From positions 83,568-147,567 of IMG/VR virus record IMGVR_UViG_3300017917_001336: a stretch of DNA of 64,000 nt; one strand, given 5' to 3'. Below the pieces are notes generated by a model. That model worked only from the letters and a program-made list of their open reading frames with translations, was not told where the DNA came from and searched no databases. How positions within the stretch are numbered: the first letter of the stretch is position 1; every line of letters starts with the position of its first letter. The DNA is from a virus. This document shows, piece after piece, positions 27,592 through 37,300 of this stretch. The position numbers and the translations under genes were made by a program.

Positions 27592-28016
27592 TGTTAGATT
27601 GTTTAATTCTAGGCGATAGCCTTGCAGTAGGTGTAGGACAAATCCGCAAAGAGTGTGTTACTTACGCAAAAAGCGGAATCAATAGTTATGACTATGTTAA
27701 TCGTCATGTGTTGCATACTAACGGTTCAAACAAAGAAGCTAAGACTGTTATTATCAGCTTAGGTAGTAATGACACAAAGAACATCGAAACGTACGACGAA
27801 CTAGATACATTGCGTCAAATGGTTAAAGCAGATCGTGTATATTGGATACTGCCTAACATTAAAGAAACAAAACGCAAAGCCGTTTGGATGGTTGCTGACA
27901 AATACAAAGATCATGTTATTGATGCTAGACAGTATGACCGCAGTCCAGATCATGTACATCCAACTTATACAGGCTACAAAGGCATAGCAAATGAAACCCG
28001 TCGTACTGACCGTTGA
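27591..28016 (+). CDS. SGNH/GDSL hydrolase
   Basis: GDSLAVG, SLGSND, DHVHP. Confidence 0.8.
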   Translation: MLDCLILGDSLAVGVGQIRKECVTYAKSGINSYDYVNRHVLHTNGSNKEAKTVIISLGSNDTKNIETYDELDTLRQMVKADRVYWILPNIKETKRKAVWMVADKYKDHVIDARQYDRSPDHVHPTYTGYKGIANETRRTDR

Positions 28017-28272
28017 CCAATGGAAAACTATTCGTTCTGAATTGCAAACAGAATATCCACGAACTGTCTTTATGCTTAGAGATAAGATGAAACGTGTATT
28101 AGGTTTTACTGTGCGTGAACATAAGGCATGGCTTTCTGAACCTAAGACATCAGGAGATGATTTAAACTTTGGATATTATGAGTTTCAAATCCATTTAGAT
28201 TTCTTTTCAGAAAAGAAACGTACAATGTTCTTAATGAAATTTAGTGAAGTGATTAGTAATGCAGAACTGTGA
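27991..28272 (+). CDS. hypothetical protein, F-x-L-R-W family
   Basis: LDFFSEKKRTMFLMKFS. Confidence 0.65.
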   Translation: MKPVVLTVDQWKTIRSELQTEYPRTVFMLRDKMKRVLGFTVREHKAWLSEPKTSGDDLNFGYYEFQIHLDFFSEKKRTMFLMKFSEVISNAEL

Positions 28273-28489
28273 AGTAGGCCCATTCCGTTTGCCAGGTATT
28301 GCTTTTGATAAAGGCGAGTTGCCTACTGACTTGTTAGAAGAAATGCAATCATGGGCTAATGCTGAAGGTGTTGGCATGAGCACTACAGATAGACTTTGGT
28401 CTTTTAAGAAAGAAGCACATCGCGAATGGTTTATTTTACGCTGGTCTGATGACATAAGCAAACGATGCAAAAAGGAAGACGATGCTTAA
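28259..28489 (+). CDS. hypothetical protein, F-x-L-R-W family
   Basis: WSFKKEAHREWFILRWS. Confidence 0.65.
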   Translation: MQNCEVGPFRLPGIAFDKGELPTDLLEEMQSWANAEGVGMSTTDRLWSFKKEAHREWFILRWSDDISKRCKKEDDA

Positions 28490-28778
28490 AAAGAAATTGC
28501 TCACTGATCGATCAGGTAACTTACAAGAACAAATTCTAGAAGAGAAAGCAAAAGAACTTGCTGACGAGATGGACGCTGAAGTTTTGCGAGGTATGCTATG
28601 TGAACTTGGATGGCATCAAGTTGTTATAGCACCAGTGACGTGGGAAACTGGTGATAGAATCGATTTGTGGGTAACAAAAACAATTAAAGGAAGGCATTGG
28701 AATCGTGGTCTTGTTTGGTTGTTTGAAGACGATAAAGATGCTATGTGGTTTAAAATGAGGTGGATGTCAAATGAGTGA
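28482..28778 (+). CDS. hypothetical protein, F-x-L-R-W family
   Basis: WLFEDDKDAMWFKMRW. Confidence 0.7.
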   Translation: MLKKKLLTDRSGNLQEQILEEKAKELADEMDAEVLRGMLCELGWHQVVIAPVTWETGDRIDLWVTKTIKGRHWNRGLVWLFEDDKDAMWFKMRWMSNE

Positions 28779-29181
28779 ATCAGCAGAATTAGAACCGTGG
28801 CAACAACGTGCTTTAGATAAAATGAAGTCGTTTAAAGGCAAAGGTGTTGTACAAATTACAGGCCGTAATGCCGGTAAGAGTCATTGGAATAGTGTTGCTG
28901 TAAAACGGCTGTTTGATGACATTTACAGTCGTCCAATTGAAGCACTAATTTTCGATGTAGGAACAGTATACGGTGCTAGGTATTATACTGTTGAACCTAT
29001 TGGCGGTAATTGGCCAGAGATGGAACATTGGTGTTATGCAACGTTTGGTGACAGCGGAGACAATATGTGGGGTGAGAAAAAAGCACCTAAACCTTCTGAG
29101 CGTTGGTATATGAATAACCGAAAGTTTTGGTTCCGTAATGAAAAAGATCGCGATTGGTTTGTGATAAGGTGGAACGCATGA
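28771..29181 (+). CDS. hypothetical protein, F-x-L-R-W family
   Basis: EMEHWCYATFG; FWFRNEKDRDWFVIRW. Confidence 0.7.
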   Translation: MSESAELEPWQQRALDKMKSFKGKGVVQITGRNAGKSHWNSVAVKRLFDDIYSRPIEALIFDVGTVYGARYYTVEPIGGNWPEMEHWCYATFGDSGDNMWGEKKAPKPSERWYMNNRKFWFRNEKDRDWFVIRWNA

Positions 29182-29378
29182 TTATAGATAAAAGTGTATA
29201 CTGGAATCGTGTTGTTGATCATTACTACGATGACATTCATTGGGTAGATGGTGCTCCACGCAATATCTACGATTGGTTAGAAACAGAGTTTACTATAACA
29301 TCTGATACAGGAAGCTCAGTTTTAGAATTCAAAGATGCAAGTAAGGCAACATTCTTTGTAATGAGGTTTGGTTCATGA
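29178..29378 (+). CDS. hypothetical protein, F-x-L-R-W family
   Basis: LEFKDASKATFFVMRFGS. Confidence 0.65.
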   Translation: MIIDKSVYWNRVVDHYYDDIHWVDGAPRNIYDWLETEFTITSDTGSSVLEFKDASKATFFVMRFGS

Positions 29379-29605
29379 TTACACAAGAACGCAAAAGCAA
29401 GTATAAGCACAAAGTAATGGTAGATAGCGGCACTGACAGCGTATCCTTTAAGGAGATGCGTGAATGGTGCGAGAAGAGTTTTGGCCCAGGCGGCCGAAGT
29501 AAGAAGCTACGCTGGCGTGTAGGTTGGACTGACAGTATTGATACATTTTATTTTAAAAGCGGCAAAGATGCTATGATGTTTACTTTACGGTGGAGTCATG
29601 CCTAA
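29375..29605 (+). CDS. hypothetical protein, F-x-L-R-W family
   Basis: EMREWCEKSFG; FYFKSGKDAMMFTLRWS. Confidence 0.7.
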   Translation: MITQERKSKYKHKVMVDSGTDSVSFKEMREWCEKSFGPGGRSKKLRWRVGWTDSIDTFYFKSGKDAMMFTLRWSHA

Positions 29606-29837
29606 TAAGTTTCGTGTTGATGTTGGCACACCCTGGAAAGATCCATGGGCTACTTATTTTGAGAACTTCTATCATCATTGTCAAGACATTGCTATTAAAG
29701 GCAAGTATCATGTTGATACTGTGTGCAACTACGAACTAAAACCACATGGTAGGTTAATCAAAACTAAAACACAAGGATGGTATTTACGTTGGGACGACGA
29801 GAAGTACCATACAGCATTTGTATTGAGGTGGTCTTAA
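29598..29837 (+). CDS. hypothetical protein, F-x-L-R-W family
   Basis: LRWDDEKYHTAFVLRWS. Confidence 0.65.
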   Translation: MPNKFRVDVGTPWKDPWATYFENFYHHCQDIAIKGKYHVDTVCNYELKPHGRLIKTKTQGWYLRWDDEKYHTAFVLRWS

Positions 29838-30106
29838 TGGGAATGACTTACGAATATAAGGCATGGAATATGCAGGACAAAGCAGAGCGTGATAGGTACT
29901 TTGATGCAATTAGACGTATGCGCCGCGAGTATACAGAAGAATATAAAGGTATATATGATCTTACTGTCAGACCAACAGTTCATTATTGGGCTGAAGAAAA
30001 ATATGGATTTGCAATGGCTATGGACGGTACCGGCAACTATACTGCTGAGTATACTGTAACCAATCCTAAGAAATTTATGTTGTTTAAAATAAAGTATTGG
30101 AAATGA
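29837..30106 (+). CDS. hypothetical protein, F-x-L-R-W family
   Basis: YTVTNPKKFMLFKIKYW. Confidence 0.6.
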   Translation: MGMTYEYKAWNMQDKAERDRYFDAIRRMRREYTEEYKGIYDLTVRPTVHYWAEEKYGFAMAMDGTGNYTAEYTVTNPKKFMLFKIKYWK

Positions 30107-30375
30107 AAGCACCAGCACCTCCAGGATATGAATGGGTAAAGATTAAAGATTTGAAACCTACCGCAATTATTACTAATGGATGCGACTGTTATCCGTGGCA
30201 TGAAGTATTTGCTTGGTGGCCAGTTAAAACTGTAGCAGGCCGATATGTTTGGCGCCAAAAAATATTCAAACGTAAAGTTTGGGTAGTTTGGGGCGATGGC
30301 TTTCATATGGAGCCGGAAGTACAGTATGCAACAGCATTTGATCTAATAACACATAATGATACAAGACTTGCATAG
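30103..30375 (+). CDS. hypothetical protein (FAWWPVKT motif)
   Basis: Coupled ORF. Confidence 0.6.
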   Translation: MKAPAPPGYEWVKIKDLKPTAIITNGCDCYPWHEVFAWWPVKTVAGRYVWRQKIFKRKVWVVWGDGFHMEPEVQYATAFDLITHNDTRLA

Positions 30376-31474
30376 ACTTTGGGGTGTAACAAATTATGTT
30401 ACATCGGATCAGTTTACTGGTTATGAATCAGTAGACGATATTCTTGCAGGCTACACAAAGGAAGTGTATGATAAAGATCCAGAAGGCACAATAGAAAATG
30501 TGTTTAATACATATAGATCTATTAATCTTGTGCCAATTGTTTACTATACAGAAGAAGGCTTAATCAAAGCAATCAAAGAACTAACAGATACAACTGCTAA
30601 TCCTGTAATAGATAATGTAATTGGTTTAGGAAACAATCAAGGACAGACTATTAATCGTTTTTTATTTCCAAACATGATGACTGCTGAACCAAAAGGCAGA
30701 GGATCAAATAGTTTGCGTGATAGATTCTTGGATGATCGTAAACTCAAACGTGCTATTAAATTATGCTTTGAACACAGAGAAGGCAACAATTTAGTAAGTC
30801 CTACAGCATTACGTAGAGCATTGGAATTAGTTACAGGTGAGAATGTACAGAACTTTAAATGCCTTAATGCTCGTGCCATTGTAGAAGACTTATGTCCGGT
30901 TATGTGGGGCAATGTATATGATTATTCAGCAGGGTACGGTGGCAGGCTGTTAGGTATAACCACAAGTCGTATGCGTTACAATTATCTAGCAGTTGACCCA
31001 AATACTGAAACAGTTAATTACCTTAATTACTTAAATGAGCTAATTGATCAAGCAGTAGGTAATAAAGGTAGTATAATACAAAGTGTAAGCGAAGAATATC
31101 AGCCTACAGATATTGATCTTGCCTTTAGTAGCCCTCCTTATTTTAATCTAGAAAAGTACAGCGATGAACCTACACAATGTATGGTACGCTATACTACAAT
31201 GGATGAATGGTTCGACGGATATGTTGTTCCTACAATGAAGAACATACATAAAGGACTTAATGCAGATGGTGTGTTTGCTACAAACATTGCTGACTACAAA
31301 AGCTACGGAAATAAAGAATATCTTGTTGTTGATCGTTGGATTGAAACAGCAGAGAGTTTAGGTTTTAAGTTTGAAAAAACTATTAAAATGATGTTAAATA
31401 CTCGTCCAGGTGTTGGCAACAATAAAACTGAAGGTCGAGAGAAGTTTGAAGGCGTTTACGTTTTTAGGAAATAA
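30356..31474 (+). CDS. SAM-dependent amino-methyltransferase (DNA N4-C/N6-A type)
   Basis: Motif I YDYSAGYGGR, motif IV FSSPPYF. Confidence 0.75.
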   Translation: MIQDLHRLWGVTNYVTSDQFTGYESVDDILAGYTKEVYDKDPEGTIENVFNTYRSINLVPIVYYTEEGLIKAIKELTDTTANPVIDNVIGLGNNQGQTINRFLFPNMMTAEPKGRGSNSLRDRFLDDRKLKRAIKLCFEHREGNNLVSPTALRRALELVTGENVQNFKCLNARAIVEDLCPVMWGNVYDYSAGYGGRLLGITTSRMRYNYLAVDPNTETVNYLNYLNELIDQAVGNKGSIIQSVSEEYQPTDIDLAFSSPPYFNLEKYSDEPTQCMVRYTTMDEWFDGYVVPTMKNIHKGLNADGVFATNIADYKSYGNKEYLVVDRWIETAESLGFKFEKTIKMMLNTRPGVGNNKTEGREKFEGVYVFRK

Positions 31475-31475
31475 A

Positions 31476-31991
31476 ATGATTATATATTTAGATATGGATG
31501 ATGTCGTTGCTGACTGGCGTGATGCCGCAGAAACTTTGCTTAAATTAAAGTTTCCAAACGGAGATCAGTGGGCACGAATCCCAGACGATAAGTGGCAAGA
31601 ACTAAAACGTGCTAGTCGTTTTTATCGTGACTTGCCTATGAAGCATGGTGCAAAAGAGTTAGTTGATTTTTGTCTTAATGCAGTGGAGTACGGACTTGCA
31701 GATGAAGTTCGCTTCCTGACTGCTATACCACACAACAACGATATGCCTTGGACATTCCAAGATAAGGTTTGGTGGGCACATGAACGTTTCCCAAACATTC
31801 CTGTATTCTTTGGTCCTTATAGTCACGATAAGCAAGATCATTGTCGCCCCGGAGATATCTTAATTGACGATCGTACAGACAACTGTATGCAATGGGAAGC
31901 CCGTGGCGGACTTGCACACATTTATAGAACTTGGGAAGGATGCAGACCATGGCTGGAACTTACACTAAATCCAATGCCCGAGCTACCGTAA
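31476..31991 (+). CDS. HAD 5'(3')-deoxyribonucleotidase (NT5C-like)
   Basis: IYLDMDDVVAD, LTA, K..W, ILIDDR. Confidence 0.85.
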   Translation: MIIYLDMDDVVADWRDAAETLLKLKFPNGDQWARIPDDKWQELKRASRFYRDLPMKHGAKELVDFCLNAVEYGLADEVRFLTAIPHNNDMPWTFQDKVWWAHERFPNIPVFFGPYSHDKQDHCRPGDILIDDRTDNCMQWEARGGLAHIYRTWEGCRPWLELTLNPMPELP

Positions 31992-32005
31992 GTGAGCACT
32001 TGGGT

Positions 32006-32290
32006 ATGTCTACTAAAACTACACAGAAATACCAAGTATATGGCGATGAAGTTTACGAACGACGAGTAGTACATAAATTTACTATGGGTGATGTTGAAGA
32101 CCCCGAGTTGTATGCTGCCCAACCAATTTACGAATGGCAACAAACTGAACACGGACAATGGGTAATGAAATATGGTAAAGATCCACAGTACCATATGAAC
32201 ATGGAACCAGTTACTTACGGATACCAAATTGTTATCACAGCCCATATTACGCCCAAACGCTGGACAGAGTATTGCTTACGATTTGCTTGA
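32006..32290 (+). CDS. hypothetical protein (MGDVEDPELYAAQP)
   Basis: ORF. Confidence 0.65.
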   Translation: MSTKTTQKYQVYGDEVYERRVVHKFTMGDVEDPELYAAQPIYEWQQTEHGQWVMKYGKDPQYHMNMEPVTYGYQIVITAHITPKRWTEYCLRFA

Positions 32291-32321
32291 CAGGAGGCAT
32301 CACCGATGCTATAATAACGAC

Positions 32322-32567
32322 ATGAATGAACAACCAGAATACAATAACGAAGAAGAGGCTGAAGTAGCCCAAATCTTATCTATAACCCGTAGTATGGCGG
32401 CTGTTAATAAAGTGCAAGAAGCACTAGCCAAACAACGTCTGCTACCTAGTCTGGAAGAATGTGAGGAATGCGGCGAAGAAATTCCAAAAGAGCGACAACT
32501 TGCTATTAAAGGAGTTACCCGTTGCATCTATTGCCAAGAACTACTGGAACGAAAAGGTCGTGTGTGA
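32322..32567 (+). CDS. traR: DksA/TraR C4-type zinc-finger protein
   Basis: CEECGEEIPKERQLAIKGVTRCIYCQ; own TTGACA-TATAAT promoter at 32287-32315. Confidence 0.85.
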   Translation: MNEQPEYNNEEEAEVAQILSITRSMAAVNKVQEALAKQRLLPSLEECEECGEEIPKERQLAIKGVTRCIYCQELLERKGRV

Positions 32568-33028
32568 GCAAAACAATTTTTTACAAAAAGGTTGGCAGGC
32601 GCTATCAGCCTGTAGCAGAGTTTGACAATGAATATATGGACAGTTTTCCAAAAGGCAACCACTTGGTTATGTGTTATCCAGGAGGCCAATCTCGCAGGTT
32701 TAATATTGATCCTGCTTATGCCCCACTGATAGCAGCTGGTCGTGTTGCTGAAGATGCTATCAGCAAACATATCATGGAAGTTAGTTCATTGCGAGTTCCA
32801 GATAAGGAAAAGCCATTAACTGACGAACAACGCAATGCCTGGCAAGCATTTAGTAAAGCAATGGGCAAGGAAGTGTATGCCCTTGAATACTGCTCATACC
32901 GTGAAGCCGCCGAGCAAGGTGTAAAAGCTATGATGGATGAAGCAGAGAAACTATTAGAAAACCCTGTCGTTCGCAAAGCATACGAACGATTCCTATTAAT
33001 CTGTGAACTTACAAAGGAACACACATGA
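32564..33028 (+). CDS. hypothetical protein (NPVVRKAYE C-terminus)
   Basis: GTGA overlap. Confidence 0.65.
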   Translation: MSKTIFYKKVGRRYQPVAEFDNEYMDSFPKGNHLVMCYPGGQSRRFNIDPAYAPLIAAGRVAEDAISKHIMEVSSLRVPDKEKPLTDEQRNAWQAFSKAMGKEVYALEYCSYREAAEQGVKAMMDEAEKLLENPVVRKAYERFLLICELTKEHT

Positions 33029-33312
33029 AAGAAGTTTGGTTATTTTTAAAATGGAAGTGGGCAAAGTTTACCTTTGCTGACAAGTGTTGGTTTGGTGGCG
33101 CATTCCTGGTAGGTTCGGGAACATATGAAATGTGGACACATCCACAAGATCCAATCCCATTGAGGGTGCTTGTTGGATTTGGACTTTGGTTTACTGTTCT
33201 AACTAAATGGTTTATAGTTGATCAAATCAAAGACCAATGGTTGAAATACAAAAAAGAAAAATCAGAGCTGTTTAACACAATTAAGGAGAGTGAACATGCA
33301 AGTAAGAGTTGA
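33025..33312 (+). CDS. membrane protein
   Basis: Two hydrophobic segments. Confidence 0.6.
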   Translation: MKEVWLFLKWKWAKFTFADKCWFGGAFLVGSGTYEMWTHPQDPIPLRVLVGFGLWFTVLTKWFIVDQIKDQWLKYKKEKSELFNTIKESEHASKS

Positions 33313-33502
33313 AGAAAACGCAGAAGATATTGGTAAGTGTGGTTGTGGCCGCAGTCCTACAGGTAAGTGTATTGGTCTCCATACACTAACTGAACAACAA
33401 TGGATTGAAGGCAAAACACAAATCCTTGCTAACATTGCTATTGGCAGAACTAATATTGGTATTGAAAAACCCGTTGGGGAGCCGGACGATGAAGTGGTTT
33501 GA
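33296..33502 (+). CDS. CDGSH-like iron-sulfur/zinc-finger protein
   Basis: CGCGRSPTGKCIGLH matches C-x-C-x2-S-x4-C-x-G-x-H. Confidence 0.65.
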   Translation: MQVRVEENAEDIGKCGCGRSPTGKCIGLHTLTEQQWIEGKTQILANIAIGRTNIGIEKPVGEPDDEVV

Positions 33503-33824
33503 CAAATGGTTTTATAAACAAGCCAAAAAGGCTTGGGACAACAAAGACCAATATGAAGAAGAAAGTAATTACGTCTTAAGTGCAAAAGAAGCTAGGAGTC
33601 TAAAAATGGGAACAATGGGTGCAGTACAAATTGATAGAGGCCGCGCAGAAGGCGAAGATCGGATTAGTTTTGAACTAACATCAGCAGTTGGCGGACGCAT
33701 TCTTAATGTACGCAGATATGATCAGCGTAAAGATCAGCATGATCAACAAACCTATGTAATTCCTAGCGGCGAAGATGTAGGTGCTAGAGTAGCTAAAATT
33801 TTGAACTTGGAATTGCTTAAATAA
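33489..33824 (+). CDS. hypothetical protein
   Basis: ORF; start MKWFDKW. Confidence 0.6.
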   Translation: MKWFDKWFYKQAKKAWDNKDQYEEESNYVLSAKEARSLKMGTMGAVQIDRGRAEGEDRISFELTSAVGGRILNVRRYDQRKDQHDQQTYVIPSGEDVGARVAKILNLELLK

Positions 33825-33847
33825 ACTATCCTTTCTGGAGAATCATA

Positions 33848-34207
33848 ATGGAAGAAGTTCTATTGTACGTGATTGCACTTGGTTTTGCATTTTGGTTAGG
33901 TTGGCATCTTAGAAGCATCGTAATGATAGCCAATTTAGCAACCAATCCCGATAAAGTTATTAAGATGCTTGAAAAAATCAAAGAAATTAATGCCGCCGAA
34001 GCAGACGGAAAAGATGCATCAGAGCTCGAAGGAACAGAAATTGCACCAGAGCAAGTAGGAAACGTATGGTATGCTTATGCAAAAGATTCTGGACAATTCC
34101 TTGGTCAAGGTCCAACATTTGAAGATGCGCTCAAAATGGCCGCCGAACGATTTCCTAATAAAAAGTTTTGGTGTAAAAAACCAAAAGAAGTTAGCCATAA
34201 CACTTGA
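33848..34207 (+). CDS. membrane-anchored hypothetical protein
   Basis: N-terminal TM; FLGQG. Confidence 0.65.
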   Translation: MEEVLLYVIALGFAFWLGWHLRSIVMIANLATNPDKVIKMLEKIKEINAAEADGKDASELEGTEIAPEQVGNVWYAYAKDSGQFLGQGPTFEDALKMAAERFPNKKFWCKKPKEVSHNT

Positions 34208-34278
34208 TAAAATTTTTATATTGTAATATACTGTGTATAGCTGTTGAATTACAGCATAATCTAAAAAGAGGAAACAAT

Positions 34279-34551
34279 ATGAAATTTTTTAATCCAGAAA
34301 CTAAGACTTACAAAGTGTTTAACGCATTGTATAATGGCGATGCTCTAACCCAATCACAAGCTGAAAAGCGTTTTGGTGTTAAGAACCTAGGTGCCGAAGT
34401 TAGCCGTATCCGTCACAATGGTTACGCTGTTTATGCAAACACACGTAAGGCAGGTAACGGTGTTCAAGTTACTGAGTATGTTATGGGTAAGCCAAGCCGT
34501 GAAATCGTTGCTCTAGGCTACAAAGCTAAGGCAATGGGTATCACTCTTTAA
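34279..34551 (+). CDS. winged-helix DNA-binding protein
   Basis: LTQSQAEKRFGVKNLGAEVSRIRHNGYAVY; AGAGG RBS. Confidence 0.6.
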   Translation: MKFFNPETKTYKVFNALYNGDALTQSQAEKRFGVKNLGAEVSRIRHNGYAVYANTRKAGNGVQVTEYVMGKPSREIVALGYKAKAMGITL

Positions 34552-34578
34552 TTAAGAGAGGTTAGGCCTAACCAACTC

Positions 34579-34608
34579 AAAAAGCCCCACATGCTTGGGG
34601 CTTTTTTT
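34579..34608 (+). terminator. intrinsic terminator
   Basis: AGCCCC..GGGGCT followed by a T-tract. Confidence 0.8.
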
Positions 34609-34619
34609 ATACATACAGT

Positions 34620-34910
34620 ATGATAATAGACTTTTTTAAACCTACTATAGATTGGATACGCGATGACTGGACTAGTAACCCATTTCGCTTTTGTATTGAG
34701 GTATTGGCTTGGGCAATCTCAATTGGCTGTAGCATCACTATGGCTGTCACTGTCCCTAACCCGCCTCTTCTTGCTTTATATCCTGTGTGGATCACTGGCT
34801 GTGCTATGTATGCTTGGGCTAGTTATACTAGGAAATCATTTGGCATGTTGGCTAACTACATCTTGTTAACAACTATCGACACAATCGGATTGATAAGGAT
34901 GTTAACATGA
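34620..34910 (+). CDS. 3-TM membrane protein
   Basis: Hydrophobic helices. Confidence 0.65.
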   Translation: MIIDFFKPTIDWIRDDWTSNPFRFCIEVLAWAISIGCSITMAVTVPNPPLLALYPVWITGCAMYAWASYTRKSFGMLANYILLTTIDTIGLIRMLT

Positions 34911-35089
34911 AGTTGAATGAAATTTATGGAAGTGTCGATGGTAAAGTTTTTAAAGTTGTAGCCATCTATAATCCTAATGAAGAAAACGACCCTTGGGTTG
35001 AATTTATTAACACAGACACAGAGCAAAAATACTCATGCAGACAAGAAGCATTCTTACTGCGATACTCATTATTGCCGCAACCTCGTTAA
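34907..35089 (+). CDS. hypothetical protein
   Basis: ATGA overlap. Confidence 0.55.
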   Translation: MKLNEIYGSVDGKVFKVVAIYNPNEENDPWVEFINTDTEQKYSCRQEAFLLRYSLLPQPR

Positions 35090-35265
35090 ACGGCTGTGCC
35101 GTCTATACTGTTGCTAGTGTAGGTAGTTATGCAACCACGGGCAAAGGTATTGGTGATCATGTTGGATCAGCAGTATCAGGCGGCGATTGCAACTTAATCA
35201 AACATACAGTTAATGGAAAATATGTTTGCGAAATGCCTGTTGTCTATAATCGCAATGGATTCTAA
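35035..35265 (+). CDS. small lipoprotein
   Basis: Lipobox LNGC. Confidence 0.6.
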   Translation: MQTRSILTAILIIAATSLNGCAVYTVASVGSYATTGKGIGDHVGSAVSGGDCNLIKHTVNGKYVCEMPVVYNRNGF

Positions 35266-35291
35266 ATAAATACAGAATCGAGGATAACATT

Positions 35292-35540
35292 ATGTCATTT
35301 CAATATACAGTATGGGCTAGAAGTCCAAGTTTACAACAAGAAGTTAGAGAGTTTAATTTAACAGGCGGCCAAAACAATCCGTACCCAGATCAAAATGCAG
35401 CTAATCAAGCCGCTGGATCACTTGTTAACCGTTTAAATACAGAACGTTATCTACACACAGCAGATTGGCAACCTTTGGTAAAGTACGAAGAACTTGGTAT
35501 CCAAACCTTTATCAATGCAATGAACAATCGAGTTCTTTAA
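35292..35540 (+). CDS. small late protein
   Basis: TAAATA and GAGGA RBS. Confidence 0.65.
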   Translation: MSFQYTVWARSPSLQQEVREFNLTGGQNNPYPDQNAANQAAGSLVNRLNTERYLHTADWQPLVKYEELGIQTFINAMNNRVL

Positions 35541-35766
35541 TATATTCTGTTCTTAAAATACGCTCAGCTTTTTTGTTGTCTTGCGTATAATACAATCGTG
35601 GGTCACCCCACCCAAACATTTCGCATACCCATTCTCCTAAATATTTGGATTGGCAGTTATTAAACGCATACCAAAATAGGAGTTTATCTAACTCTTTTGT
35701 AGTTAGATAATGGGTAGTGTTAGTCATATAATGTTCCATAATAATATTTACATTTGAACTTGACAA
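35512..35766 (-). CDS. hypothetical protein
   Basis: ORF; start uncertain. Confidence 0.45.
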   Translation of the reverse strand: MSSSNVNIIMEHYMTNTTHYLTTKELDKLLFWYAFNNCQSKYLGEWVCEMFGWGDPRLYYTQDNKKAERILRTEYIKELDCSLH

Positions 35767-35818
35767 TTTAGCCTAATGGTACTATAATACAAACTGTATT
35801 AACTAATTAAGGCTCACA

Positions 35819-36949
35819 ATGAAATTTGCATTCCAATACGAAGATGTAGTTAAAAAACCAAACCCAATGGTTAAGATTAATCCTCTTAAGCGTGGCTCTG
35901 GTAAGACTGTTAACTTACAAGATCGTGTAGATACTCTTAATAAGAGTGCCGCTTGGAAGAAAACTATCAAAGCGTGGAACAATCAAAGTAAGCAGTTTGA
36001 CCTAACACGACTTCCTAAAGTATCTATGGAAGAATTAGGTGTACTAGACATTGACGAAGACATCCAACGTGCATTAGATGACAAACATTGTGCTAACAAA
36101 ATTGCCAATCCAGATTTGTTTGATCCAGCATTGCTTCAGCCTGTAGTTTGTATTAAAACATCTAAAGGCAAGTTTATCAGTATTGATACACAACATACTG
36201 TCAGCACTATTGCTGCATTAATTGATGCCGGACTTGTTCCAGGTGTTAAGAACTGGAAAACATTTAAGTATCCATTTACATACATTGAAACTGACAACCT
36301 TGCTTATGCTCGCCGAGCATTTGGCATTCTCAACGGCAAGGGTAAGAAGAAACAGTCTGCCTATCAGGACTTGCGTAATGCTGTCTTTACAATCCGTATC
36401 GATAAAGATAAAACAGATTCAGACGAAGTTGCTCTTGAAAGGAAAGTTGCTATTGCAGAAAAGCATAATTGCTTTCCTGTAGAAGTAGATAGCGATTTGT
36501 CAAAGTATCCAGGAACATTTACTAACATTGCTACATTCAAAACTCTTAACGAAGATGAGCTCGAAGTATCGTGTGGGTGGCATGATAAGTACTTCCACTA
36601 TGAAAACGTTCACGTTAGTTTGTTCTTTATCTTCCGAGACTTGTGCCGACAGTTTGGTAGTGCAAAACTAAAAATTACTCCTAAGTTACAAGAAGAACTT
36701 GCCGCATTAGTGCAAAGCTGTTTTGGTAACTTGTCACAGTTCCAAGAATCAGTAACAGAAGCACATCGCCGTTGGACTGAAAAGCGTTATGGATATCAGG
36801 CTAACTGGGACGATGATGCGTATGCTTGTGCATTGATTCAACTTTATCAACACTTTGGTGGTAAGGAAAAAGTTGCTCCTACCTTACTAGATCACTTTGA
36901 CGGACTCATTGAGTTCTTTGATGAAGACATTTTAAACTTAGCAGACTAA
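35819..36949 (+). CDS. ParB/Srx-like domain protein
   Basis: IDEDIQRALD and FISIDTQHT (variant of IDGQHR); own sigma70 promoter at 35760-35788. Confidence 0.5.
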   Translation: MKFAFQYEDVVKKPNPMVKINPLKRGSGKTVNLQDRVDTLNKSAAWKKTIKAWNNQSKQFDLTRLPKVSMEELGVLDIDEDIQRALDDKHCANKIANPDLFDPALLQPVVCIKTSKGKFISIDTQHTVSTIAALIDAGLVPGVKNWKTFKYPFTYIETDNLAYARRAFGILNGKGKKKQSAYQDLRNAVFTIRIDKDKTDSDEVALERKVAIAEKHNCFPVEVDSDLSKYPGTFTNIATFKTLNEDELEVSCGWHDKYFHYENVHVSLFFIFRDLCRQFGSAKLKITPKLQEELAALVQSCFGNLSQFQESVTEAHRRWTEKRYGYQANWDDDAYACALIQLYQHFGGKEKVAPTLLDHFDGLIEFFDEDILNLAD

Positions 36950-37293
36950 TGTATCATTTTTACTTAATCCAGTCACTAGGCGGCCGAGCAGGTTTTGGTA
37001 TCGCGCAGGACATCAAAGAACGCAATAAACAATACTGCTCTCATGCAGGCGGTATTGTCAACATGCACGTCTATACTGGATTAAGGGCACACGCTAAGGC
37101 TTTAGAACGCACAATTAAAACTCAGTACGTTGATAATATCTGGATAATTGAAGATTGGAAAACAGAATGGTTAAATGATTCTGTTCCAATGGAAGTTCTT
37201 AAAAAATATGTTGATGATCTAATAAAAGAACGTCACTTTAAGTTAAAATGCATCGCTCAAGATTGGAACTTCTTACAAGACATTCCTGAGTAA
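36949..37293 (+). CDS. GIY-YIG-like (T5orf172-type) protein
   Basis: FYLIQ..GFGI...ER, ALE, TEW. Confidence 0.45.
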   Translation: MYHFYLIQSLGGRAGFGIAQDIKERNKQYCSHAGGIVNMHVYTGLRAHAKALERTIKTQYVDNIWIIEDWKTEWLNDSVPMEVLKKYVDDLIKERHFKLKCIAQDWNFLQDIPE

Positions 37294-37300
37294 ATACTTT

